53,046 nucleotides of DNA, taken from positions 1-53,046 of the forward strand of contig JBBUDH010000005.1 in the NCBI GenBank assembly GCA_038057405.1. Reading direction: 5' to 3'. The translations under genes and the position numbers were made by a program. The stretch comes from Patescibacteria group bacterium. GTDB taxonomy: Bacteria > Patescibacteriota > Minisyncoccia > Phycocordibacterales > UBA2100. The notes below the pieces were generated by a model that was not told where the DNA came from, made no database searches, and was given only the letters and a program-made list of their open reading frames with translations. Below are positions 1 to 7,906 of the stretch, one piece after another. Numbering within the stretch: the first letter of the stretch is position 1; each line of letters begins with the position of its first letter.

Positions 1-220
1 CGTCGTGATACGACTTGGAGGTGTGTATCGGGTGCAATCCGATGGTCGCAAATACGTTGTCGTATTGCTCCGCGAGCGCGACCGCGGCCTTGGAAGTATC
101 GAGTTGCGTCCCGACGACGTTCATCCCCACCCCCGCGTCCTTGGCACGCAAAATGGTCTCCTCGCGGTCGCTGTTGTAAGCGACAAAATTCATATGCGTA
201 TGCGCATCGAAGTACTTCAT
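1..220 (-). CDS. TatD-family metal-dependent hydrolase, N-terminal fragment running off the window start
   Basis: Absent from the ORF track because it is open at the window edge. The reverse-strand ATG at 220-218 translates to MKYFDAHTHMNFVAYNSDREETILRAKDAGVGMNVVGTQLDTSKAAVALAEQYDNVFATIGLHPIH. This is the FDxHxH metal-binding N-terminus typical of TatD. The start lies 2 nt after the metG stop. Confidence 0.75.
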   Translation of the reverse strand, partial: MKYFDAHTHMNFVAYNSDREETILRAKDAGVGMNVVGTQLDTSKAAVALAEQYDNVFATIGLHPIHTSKSYHD

Positions 221-222
221 AT

Positions 223-1755
223 TCAAGAAAAATCGAGGTCGCCTTTTTTCTTTTTCTTCTTCTTGGGCAACGCAAAGTGCGGCGGGGTTTCCTTCGCCGC
301 GCGGCGCACAGCTTCTTTCCTTGGGAAAAGGTTGGTGGGTTTTTTGTTGGCGAGGACGGCAGCAAGTATCGTCGCGCTTGTCTCCGGCATGAAGGGCTCT
401 ATGGCTTTCGCTATCCACGCCAAGTGCTTAACCATCTTCACTATCATTTCGGCGCCACGAGCCTTGTCGTCTTTCACGACCTTAAATGGCTGTTCCTTTT
501 GGATTGCTTCATCTATCTCGGAGACAGCCGCCCAGATGTTGTCCATCACGGCATTGAGGTCGTAGGCTTGCATGGCATCGCGGATTTGAGGCGAGTATGC
601 AAAGACGAACGTTTCGCCACCCTCAAACACGGGTTTGTCGAGATTGGATTCAGCAAGCTGCATCACGCGCGCCGCGAGGTTGCCGAGACCGTTGGCGAGG
701 TTGGCGTTGTACACATCTCTGAATTTCTCCATCGTGAAATCCGAATCCTCGAACGGGTGGACATGCCGCGCCAGGAAATAACGGAGTGCGTCTATCCCGT
801 ATTCATCGACGACGGCGAGCGGGTCGATGACGTTGCCGAGCGATTTCGACATTTTCTTTCCCTCGCTGGTGATGAAGCCGTGATAGAGCACTGTACCGGT
901 GGCTTTGAGGCCCGCCGACATGAGCATCGCCTGCCACATGATGGATTGAAACCGCACCTGGTCTTTTCCGGCTAATTGCAGCGTCGTTCCGTTCGTCCAG
1001 AATTTTGCAAAATTGCCGCCCGTATCCTCGGGCCACCCCAGCGTCGAGACGTAATTCGTGAGCGCATCGAACCACACATACATCACTTGGGAATCGTCAT
1101 CCGGCACCGCGACACCCCACGGCATCTTTTCTTTGGTGCGGGAAATGCTGAAGTCTTCCAACCCCTGTTTTACAAAATTAATCGCCTCTTCGCGGCGCCA
1201 CTCGGGGACGACAACACCCGGCTGCGAGAGATAGGCGAGCAATTTGTCCTGATACGCGGAGAGTCTGAAGAAGTAATTTTCTTCTTCTATCTCAATGGGC
1301 TCCATCGTCGGGTGATTCGGGCATTTGCCGTCCACAAGCTCAGTCTCTTTGATGAATGCCTCATCACCCACGCAGTAGAGGCCTTTGTATTTTTTCTTGA
1401 AAATGTCGCCTTTGGCGAGGCAGCGGCGCCACATCTCCTGTGCCGCGGTCTTGTGACGCGGCTCGGTCGTCCGGATAAAGTGAAGCTGCGGATGCAAACC
1501 GAGTCGTTCCTTCAGACTCTTGAACTTCGCCGCATACTCATCCGTGTATGCCTGTGCGTCCTTCCCCTCTTCTGCCGCCTTGCGGAATATTTTGAGGCCG
1601 TGCTCGTCGGTGCCCGTGTTGAAAAAAACTTCGTCGCCGAGGAGCGTGTGATAGCGGGCGATTACATCCGCCTGCACCATCTCCAGCGCGAAGCCGATGT
1701 GAGGTTCCGCATTGACGTACGGCAGTGTCGTCGTTAGATACAGTGGCTTGCCCAT
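223..1755 (-). CDS. metG: methionyl-tRNA synthetase, short form without the C-terminal tRNA-binding domain and ending in a poly-Lys tail
   Basis: MGKPLYLTTTLPYVNAEPHIGFALE (HIGH region) and KMSKSLGN (KMSKS) are present. The start is moved to the internal ATG at 1755 so it clears the upstream gene's stop at 1763. The C-terminus reads ALPKKKKKKKGDLDFS. Confidence 0.95.
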   Translation of the reverse strand: MGKPLYLTTTLPYVNAEPHIGFALEMVQADVIARYHTLLGDEVFFNTGTDEHGLKIFRKAAEEGKDAQAYTDEYAAKFKSLKERLGLHPQLHFIRTTEPRHKTAAQEMWRRCLAKGDIFKKKYKGLYCVGDEAFIKETELVDGKCPNHPTMEPIEIEEENYFFRLSAYQDKLLAYLSQPGVVVPEWRREEAINFVKQGLEDFSISRTKEKMPWGVAVPDDDSQVMYVWFDALTNYVSTLGWPEDTGGNFAKFWTNGTTLQLAGKDQVRFQSIMWQAMLMSAGLKATGTVLYHGFITSEGKKMSKSLGNVIDPLAVVDEYGIDALRYFLARHVHPFEDSDFTMEKFRDVYNANLANGLGNLAARVMQLAESNLDKPVFEGGETFVFAYSPQIRDAMQAYDLNAVMDNIWAAVSEIDEAIQKEQPFKVVKDDKARGAEMIVKMVKHLAWIAKAIEPFMPETSATILAAVLANKKPTNLFPRKEAVRRAAKETPPHFALPKKKKKKKGDLDFS

Positions 1756-1762
1756 ACCTTGC

Positions 1763-2824
1763 TTAAGCGTTGGCCTGCTCCCGCAGGCGGCCGCTCTCGA
1801 TATCACGCACGAGCTCCTGTATCACGGCTGCCGCAGGTACCGAAAGCAGGATGCCGAGGAAGCCTGCGAGCTCGGCTCCGACGATGAGCGCCAAGATGAT
1901 GAGCAGCGGAGGCACCCCGACGACACGGGTGACGACGAGCGGATAGATGAGGTGATTTTCGAATTGCTGAAGGACGATATAGAGCACGATGACCACAATG
2001 CCCATCGTGACGCCGCCATCCGCGAAGCCGATAAGTATCGCCGGCACCGAAGCGAGCGTGGGACCGAAGACAGGGATAATTTCGAAAATGGCGGCGAGAA
2101 CGGCGAGGAGAAGCGCGTGTTTAACGCCGAAAATAGTGAGGCCGAGATAGACGAGCACCCCCATGATGACCGCGAGAATGAGCTGCCCCTGCATCCACAA
2201 ACCAATCTTTGTCTGCGAGCGGCGCCATAGGTCGAGCAGGTATTTTTGGTACTTTTTCGGCGAAATAACGCGGAGGAAATCATCGACGCCTGTCTCGATG
2301 ACCGCAAAATAGAATGAGAATACGACGATGAGGACGAGCGAGAAAACTCCCCCGAAGATGCGTGCGACCGCGCTGAAGGCATTACCGAACGTCCCGCTGA
2401 TATCAAACGCGCTCCTGATATTCGCCATGATGTCGTTCGCGGAAATCGCCGAAGGCGCAGGGACACCCAAGATGCTGGCGTACGCATCAAAAGCGCCCGC
2501 ACGCGTAAATGATTCTAGGTATGCCGGCAACGTGGCAAGGAAGAGCGCGAGGTCTTCGAGCACCGAGGGGAAGAAGAAATAGAAGAGCCCGAAAAATACG
2601 CTAAAGAGAACGAGGTAGATGAGAATAACCGCGAGCACGCGGGGGATTTTGCGGCGCACGAGCGAAGCGACACCAGGCTCAATGGCGGAGGCGATGACGA
2701 TGGCGGTCACCACGTCGAGGACGATGTGGCGGAGCGTAAAGATAAACCAAGCACCCACTAAAATGACGACAATTTTGAAAACGGTCCCTGCGGTGATGGA
2801 AACGTGTATAGAGCGGTCTTCCAT
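1763..2824 (-). CDS. AI-2E family transporter (PerM/UPF0118-like permease)
   Basis: 353-aa polytopic membrane protein. Its spacing and motifs (e.g. FEIIPVFGPTLASVPAILIGF) are typical of the AI-2E/PerM family. Confidence 0.85.
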   Translation of the reverse strand: MEDRSIHVSITAGTVFKIVVILVGAWFIFTLRHIVLDVVTAIVIASAIEPGVASLVRRKIPRVLAVILIYLVLFSVFFGLFYFFFPSVLEDLALFLATLPAYLESFTRAGAFDAYASILGVPAPSAISANDIMANIRSAFDISGTFGNAFSAVARIFGGVFSLVLIVVFSFYFAVIETGVDDFLRVISPKKYQKYLLDLWRRSQTKIGLWMQGQLILAVIMGVLVYLGLTIFGVKHALLLAVLAAIFEIIPVFGPTLASVPAILIGFADGGVTMGIVVIVLYIVLQQFENHLIYPLVVTRVVGVPPLLIILALIVGAELAGFLGILLSVPAAAVIQELVRDIESGRLREQANA

Positions 2825-2849
2825 GCGGCAATCGTAGCATAGCAGCCCC

Positions 2850-2889
2850 TAAAAAGAAGCCGCGCCTGCCCGAATGCCGGGCAGGCGCT
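2850..2889 (-). terminator. rho-independent terminator after the 214-aa orphan gene
   Basis: On the minus strand GCGCCTGCCCGG-CATT-CGGGCAGGCGC is followed by GGCTTCTTTTT. Confidence 0.6.
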
Positions 2890-2901
2890 CTGATGTCGCG
2901 G

Positions 2902-3546
2902 TCAATGAACGACAAGCTGTCCTTCGACCGCCCTGATGAAGGTGTCCAGGCCTCTCATCGAGGCCAGGTGCTTCTCGCGATTTTCAATGGTGTCGGTGAC
3001 GAGCCATCCTACCTTCGCGAGGAACGATTGCGCACTGAACGGGTTACTGAATATCTTCTTGACCGTTCTGCCCTTCGCCAGGCGTACCTTGCTACGGATG
3101 GCAATCTCGCGCAGTCCCCGCTCCGTCCGCTCACAGCGGGCGAACCAGTCCCACACGAGGATGTCGCCTTCTCTGGTGAGGAGTAGCTCCTGGCGGTAGA
3201 CGCATCCCTGCTTGCGGGAACGTCGACTCCTTGGCTGCCCCAACCGTTTGAAAGCTGACCTTCTGAACGGGATGCAGAACGAACTGCCGTTATAACCTGC
3301 TGGCAGGTCGTATGTGCGACTTTTGTCGTCGCGATCACGACGCGCCATGCCGTTGTCGTCCATTCGTGCATCTTCCAGATAGTCACCGAACTCAATGAAG
3401 CCGGCGAGGAATTGTAGACTACTGACGCTTGCACCAAGTACTTCCAGCGCCATCACCTCCGCCTGCTTCGGGGTCATCGCCCCTATCTTGACAGGACTGT
3501 TGCCAAACGCGTCCTGAATGCGCTTCAGTCTGATGGACGTATCCAT
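2902..3546 (-). CDS. hypothetical protein (214 aa), no recognisable family
   Basis: Long ORF on the same strand as its neighbours, with its own downstream terminator. The shadow ORFs overlapping it are Arg/Ser-rich and look non-coding. Confidence 0.6.
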   Translation of the reverse strand: MDTSIRLKRIQDAFGNSPVKIGAMTPKQAEVMALEVLGASVSSLQFLAGFIEFGDYLEDARMDDNGMARRDRDDKSRTYDLPAGYNGSSFCIPFRRSAFKRLGQPRSRRSRKQGCVYRQELLLTREGDILVWDWFARCERTERGLREIAIRSKVRLAKGRTVKKIFSNPFSAQSFLAKVGWLVTDTIENREKHLASMRGLDTFIRAVEGQLVVH

Positions 3547-3596
3547 TGCCAGACCCTCTTCTCAAGGAACAGGGAATCATTCCCTATTCGGCGTTA

Positions 3597-4817
3597 CTAT
3601 GCTACGCGTGTGAGCAGGTTGTCAATGGAAACGCGCTCCTGCTCCCCCGTATCGCGGTTGCGGATGGTGACGGTATCCTTCAATTCGGGCTTTTCGCCGA
3701 GTGTGTCGAAGTCTACCGTGATGCAGTACGGTGTGCCTATCTCGTCCTGCCTGCGGTAGCGCTTGCCGATGTTGCCGTTGTCGTCCCACATGACCTGCGG
3801 TATTTGCTTTTTGAGCATTGCGTATACCTCGCGCGCCTTTGCGACGAGTTCGGGCTTGTTTTTGAGAAGCGGAAAGACGGCGGCTTTGATGGGCGCGACG
3901 GCCTTGTTGAGTTTGAGATACGTGCGCGATTCGCCGCCGAGTTCATCTTCCGTGTAGGCGGAAGCGAGAAGGGCGAGGACCGCGCGGTCCACGCCGAATG
4001 ACGGCTCAATGACGTGCGGCACAAACCGTTCGCCTGCGTCTTCGAGGTATGAAAGGTCGACACCGGAAGCTTTCGCATGCGCGGACAGGTCGAAGTCGGT
4101 GCGGTACGCAAGACCCGAGAGTTCTTTTCTGCCAAATGGGAAATCGAATTCAAAATCTATCGTGCGCTTCGAGTAGTGGGCGCGGTCGGGGTCGGCGACC
4201 TCGACTTCGTGGACACTCCCGGAGGCGATGCCGACCGCTTCGTTGAAGGCATGGACGTTTTGTCTCCACTCTTCGAACGCGGTCTCCCACTCTTGCGGAC
4301 GGACGAAATATTCTATTTCCATCTGTTCGAATTCACGCGCGCGAAAAATGAAATCCCGCGGAGCAATCTCGTTGCGGAAGGCCTTCCCTATCTGCGCGAT
4401 GCCGAACGGCAATTTGGGGTGCAACGAGTCGACGACATTCTTGAAATTGACGAATATGCCGCCGGCGGTCTCCGGCCGCAGATACGCATTGGTCGCTTCA
4501 GCCGCCGCACCGACCGACGTCATGAGCATCGTGTTGAACATTTTTCCGTTCTCGAGCGGGTCCGCAAATCCCGACACGTGGCCGCTCGCCTTCCACGCCT
4601 CCGGGTTCATCACGATAGCTGCGTCCAATCCGCACATATCGTCACGCTCCTGGACAAACATTCTCCACCAGAGCTGCTTTACATTGTTCTTAAGCTCGAC
4701 GCCAAGCGGGCCGTAATCCCAAAAACCGGAAAATCCCCCGTAAATCTCCGAACCCTGGTAAATAAAGCCGCGCCGCTTGGCGAGAGAAACTATCTTTTCC
4801 ATCGTTACGTCAGCCAT
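3597..4817 (-). CDS. glyQS: glycyl-tRNA synthetase, class II alpha2-dimer type
   Basis: MADVTMEKIVSLAKRRGFIYQGSEIYGGFSGFWDYGPLGVELKNN is the canonical GlyQS N-terminus. The ATG at 4817 is preferred over the GTG at 4829. Confidence 0.93.
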   Translation of the reverse strand: MADVTMEKIVSLAKRRGFIYQGSEIYGGFSGFWDYGPLGVELKNNVKQLWWRMFVQERDDMCGLDAAIVMNPEAWKASGHVSGFADPLENGKMFNTMLMTSVGAAAEATNAYLRPETAGGIFVNFKNVVDSLHPKLPFGIAQIGKAFRNEIAPRDFIFRAREFEQMEIEYFVRPQEWETAFEEWRQNVHAFNEAVGIASGSVHEVEVADPDRAHYSKRTIDFEFDFPFGRKELSGLAYRTDFDLSAHAKASGVDLSYLEDAGERFVPHVIEPSFGVDRAVLALLASAYTEDELGGESRTYLKLNKAVAPIKAAVFPLLKNKPELVAKAREVYAMLKKQIPQVMWDDNGNIGKRYRRQDEIGTPYCITVDFDTLGEKPELKDTVTIRNRDTGEQERVSIDNLLTRVA

Positions 4818-4825
4818 AGGTGCGC

Positions 4826-6853
4826 TCACTTTATCACAGTTGAATTAGCGGATGTGAAGCCGGGGTCGCCTAGTATATTCGTCGTCACATCCTTCACACT
4901 CTTCAGCACTTCGGGGACGATGACCGCGGCGGGATTCGCCTTCTTTTTCTCCGCGGCTTTCAGAGAGTCGATACCTATGAGTTTGATGTTCTGCAGAAGC
5001 GGGGGTTCCTGGCCTATCTGCGAGGTCGACGGCATGAAGCCGATAGCTATCGCGGTCTGCCGCGGAGCCGTCCCATTAAGGCCGACCCCCGGCTCGATGT
5101 CGCCCATATTCCACGTCAGCGTGCCGTCTTCCTGATTGAAGGTGAGCTTCTGGGTATCGGGGTCACATTCGGTGCGGGGGCTGCAAATGCCGACGTACCG
5201 TACGTATGGCGGAAAGTGCGCAGTCACCTTCGCATCAGTTATCTTGTTGGTGGTATTGGTGACGGTAAGGACGATGGCGTAGGTCGTCTCCGTCCCCGCT
5301 TTCGGCGGCATCGGACCGACGCTTCCAAATGGATTGGCGTAGTAGAGACCTTGCGCGGTGAGTACGATGTCGCTCGCGAGCGAGATGCGCTGCTTTGCGG
5401 TGGCCTGCAGATTTTGGGGTACGCCTGTCTCCCCCGTGCGCTTCCCGGCAGCGCTGATGGAAATCTCCATGCTCGGATTGATGATGTTTTTGAGCGCGTC
5501 ACTTTTCGGCATCTGGAAGGAAAACCCGACTTTGCCGCGCGCTCCCGGAAGCAGGGTCGCGAGCGCGCCGTTGCTCGTAGTCTTGTCCCAAATCACGACG
5601 TCGTCGTTGGAACGGTAGAAACCGTCGGAGCTGTGCACGGTCGTCCCGTCAATGGGAAACCCCGAGAGCTTCGCGACGATGACCGCATCCGTAATTGCGG
5701 TCGGGAGGTTGTTCTGCCAATCGATGGATACCGAAACGTTGTCTCCCGGCGAGACGACGATGTTGGAGCCTGTAGCGCCACCCACCGAGACCGCAAGCCC
5801 CAGGAACGGTTTTGATATCGAAACGGTAAATATATTATTCGCGAGCGGAGTCTCTATCGCGGTCGATGTCGCGACCGTATCCTTACGGGTCCCTGCGATG
5901 AATTGAAACACCCGGTCATCCCCCTGCTCGCCGCTCAAGACGCCGCGTATCGTTACCTCCCGCTTTTGTCCGGGAAAAATATCTCCCAGCTTCCAGGTGC
6001 CCGATGAGCCGGGAGTCGCGGCTGACGAGGGCGCGGGATCCGCGGAAGAGAATTTGAATCCGAACGGATATCGTGCATTGAAGAGTACGTCCCGCACGGG
6101 GGCGTTAGCATTCGATGCGACTGCTATCGTCATTTCGACCGGCTGGCCGGAAATGGTTTCGTTGTTGCCCGTGACCACGAGCGATAGCGGCGACGAACTG
6201 AAGACGATGCTGTAATCCGCCGAGGCTGCAAAAATGGCGCTTGAGCCGCCGATGCGGTACTCGAGTTCTACCTTCACGTCGGCGTGGTCGCCTTCATTGC
6301 CGGCAAAAACGGCGGAGACGGTCCCCTGCCTGGTCCCACCCGCCTCGATGACGCCGAGCGGGATGCGTTGATTCTGCAGGTCGGTGGCAAAATCCGTCGG
6401 CGAGCGCGTACCTTTGGGATACGTCACTACGAGGTCGGCGAGTTCGAGCGGCACTTTATTCCTGTTGACGACGACTATTTGGAGCTCGGCAGGCGCGCCT
6501 CCCTCTATTTGCGGCGGCCCCGAGATGGAGATGCCGATATTGCTCGGCGATGCGGAGAAACTCCCGCCGCCGAAAAGGAAGTAGTAGCTGAAGAAAGCTA
6601 TCGCGCCGACAAAGAAAACGATTGCGGCACCGAGAAGCCACCAGAGCGCCTTGCGGGCGACCCCTATCGCCCGCGGTGCGACGACTAATCCTGAAGCGAC
6701 CTCCTGTGGATTAACGAATTCGTTGCCGACGGATGACTGCTCCTGCCCGAGAGGCCGGCGTTCCCGATCGTGTATCTTTGGCGAAAGCGAGCGGCTGTAC
6801 ATCGCCCGCCGCAGACGCTCTACCTTATCCTTCTCGTGCTCCGAAGGCTCCAT
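4826..6853 (-). CDS. membrane-anchored large extracytoplasmic protein (675 aa), function unknown
   Basis: It has a charged N-terminus, one TM helix (ALWWLLGAAIVFFVGAIAFFSYYFLF), then roughly 570 aa of repetitive, beta-strand-like Ser/Thr/Val/Gly-rich sequence. The stop abuts the glyQS start. Confidence 0.8.
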   Translation of the reverse strand: MEPSEHEKDKVERLRRAMYSRSLSPKIHDRERRPLGQEQSSVGNEFVNPQEVASGLVVAPRAIGVARKALWWLLGAAIVFFVGAIAFFSYYFLFGGGSFSASPSNIGISISGPPQIEGGAPAELQIVVVNRNKVPLELADLVVTYPKGTRSPTDFATDLQNQRIPLGVIEAGGTRQGTVSAVFAGNEGDHADVKVELEYRIGGSSAIFAASADYSIVFSSSPLSLVVTGNNETISGQPVEMTIAVASNANAPVRDVLFNARYPFGFKFSSADPAPSSAATPGSSGTWKLGDIFPGQKREVTIRGVLSGEQGDDRVFQFIAGTRKDTVATSTAIETPLANNIFTVSISKPFLGLAVSVGGATGSNIVVSPGDNVSVSIDWQNNLPTAITDAVIVAKLSGFPIDGTTVHSSDGFYRSNDDVVIWDKTTSNGALATLLPGARGKVGFSFQMPKSDALKNIINPSMEISISAAGKRTGETGVPQNLQATAKQRISLASDIVLTAQGLYYANPFGSVGPMPPKAGTETTYAIVLTVTNTTNKITDAKVTAHFPPYVRYVGICSPRTECDPDTQKLTFNQEDGTLTWNMGDIEPGVGLNGTAPRQTAIAIGFMPSTSQIGQEPPLLQNIKLIGIDSLKAAEKKKANPAAVIVPEVLKSVKDVTTNILGDPGFTSANSTVIK

Positions 6854-6879
6854 CGGGCAATTCTACCACGCAGCGGCGC

Positions 6880-7314
6880 TTAGAATTTCAAGCGATAGTT
6901 ATTGGTTTCGCGTTTCTCAAAGCCGAGTTTTTGATAGAGCGCATTGGCGGCGGTACGGCCGTCGCGACTGGTGAGATACAGCTGACGTACGCCGCTGCGT
7001 TTCGCCTCGTCGATAATCTTCTCAAGGAGTTTTCTGCCGAGACCTTGGCCGCGGTGAGTCTCGTTGACGATTACATCCTCGACGTACCCGATGGTCTTTC
7101 CGAATTTCCCGACAAGGTATGCGGTCGCCATACCTACTGTCTTCTCGTCATCTTTCGCCACGGCGAAAATAGTTTTCGGACCGGAAGAAATCGCGTCCAA
7201 ATCCGCCTGTGTCGCGGGAGGGTCTTTGCGGTCGCGGTGGAGCTGCGTCAGGAGTTCGTTGATATCGGACAGTGCGATACCTGCGGAGGATGAAATGCGC
7301 TCAATCGTAGCCAT
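6880..7314 (-). CDS. GNAT family N-acetyltransferase
   Basis: The acetyl-CoA motif A is present (VIVNETHRGQGLGRKLLEKIIDEAK), followed by ALYQKLGF. The start is trimmed to the ATG at 7314 (MATIERISS) to avoid overlapping recO. Confidence 0.85.
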   Translation of the reverse strand: MATIERISSSAGIALSDINELLTQLHRDRKDPPATQADLDAISSGPKTIFAVAKDDEKTVGMATAYLVGKFGKTIGYVEDVIVNETHRGQGLGRKLLEKIIDEAKRSGVRQLYLTSRDGRTAANALYQKLGFEKRETNNYRLKF

Positions 7315-7330
7315 AAGAGAGAGCCTACCG

Positions 7331-7903
7331 CTAGAGATGCGTTTCCGCAATCGCTTTATTGATTGAGGAAAGGATTTGTGCGCGTTTGGCTTCCGCTTCG
7401 AGGACATGCTCGCGGTCGTATGCGGTATGGGTAAAGAGTGCCGTTTCGAGCGCCTCGGTCGAGAGATATCCGAGTGCGTAGAGAATGCGTGCGACACAGA
7501 CTATTTCTATGGTGGCACTCGCCTCTACATGCTTACGCATGAGCGCATCGTGCGCTTCCGCCAGTACTGCGAATAAATAATCGTTCTTCTCCTCCCCGTG
7601 GACGAGCCGCATCGTGAGCTCCGCGATACGCGCGAAGGTGGCTACGCACTTTCTGTCACCCGTCGCCGATTTGAGCGCCGAGGCTCCCGCGAGCCGCCAC
7701 CCGCGTTTACCTTTTACGAGCGACACATTTGCCCGCGCATAATCTTGTATCGCATAGCGCATCTTGGAGTGCTCGGTGCGGATGGCGGAAGCGCGGGCAC
7801 GCACGAGCCCAAAATCACGGCTAAAGAGAGCCACTACCCTATCCGCCTCGCCCATCTCGCGATTTCCTAGCACAAGCACCTCGGTGTGGTATTTCTCGTA
7901 CAT
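7331..7903 (-). CDS. recO: DNA repair protein RecO (compact form)
   Basis: The N-terminal OB-fold region MYEKYHTEVLVLGNREMGEADRVVALFSRDFGLVRARASAIR matches the RecO pattern. Confidence 0.8.
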   Translation of the reverse strand: MYEKYHTEVLVLGNREMGEADRVVALFSRDFGLVRARASAIRTEHSKMRYAIQDYARANVSLVKGKRGWRLAGASALKSATGDRKCVATFARIAELTMRLVHGEEKNDYLFAVLAEAHDALMRKHVEASATIEIVCVARILYALGYLSTEALETALFTHTAYDREHVLEAEAKRAQILSSINKAIAETHL

Positions 7904-7906
7904 GCT

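Noticed and set aside
223-225. Possible UGA recoding (genetic code 25, as in some CPR lineages)
   Set aside because: TGA ends conserved genes at the expected positions: metG at 223-225, the HNH gene at 40923-40925, and the PAP2-like gene at 20131-20133. Conserved proteins show no in-frame TGA. The code is standard (code 11).
5-565. 186-aa plus-strand ORF at the window start
   Set aside because: It lies antisense to the well-supported TatD fragment and the metG 3' end. Its sequence is low-complexity (FFFFFF arises from the antisense of the poly-Lys codons). It is a shadow ORF.
4077-5135. Long antisense ORFs opposite strong genes (e.g. 4077-5135, 30294-31133, 31980-32855, 34648-35355, 976-1737, 16364-16819)
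   Set aside because: All overlap genes with clear family motifs on the other strand. They are Arg/Ser/Gly/His-rich, as expected for reverse-frame translation of GC-rich coding DNA, and they have no SD or homology cues.
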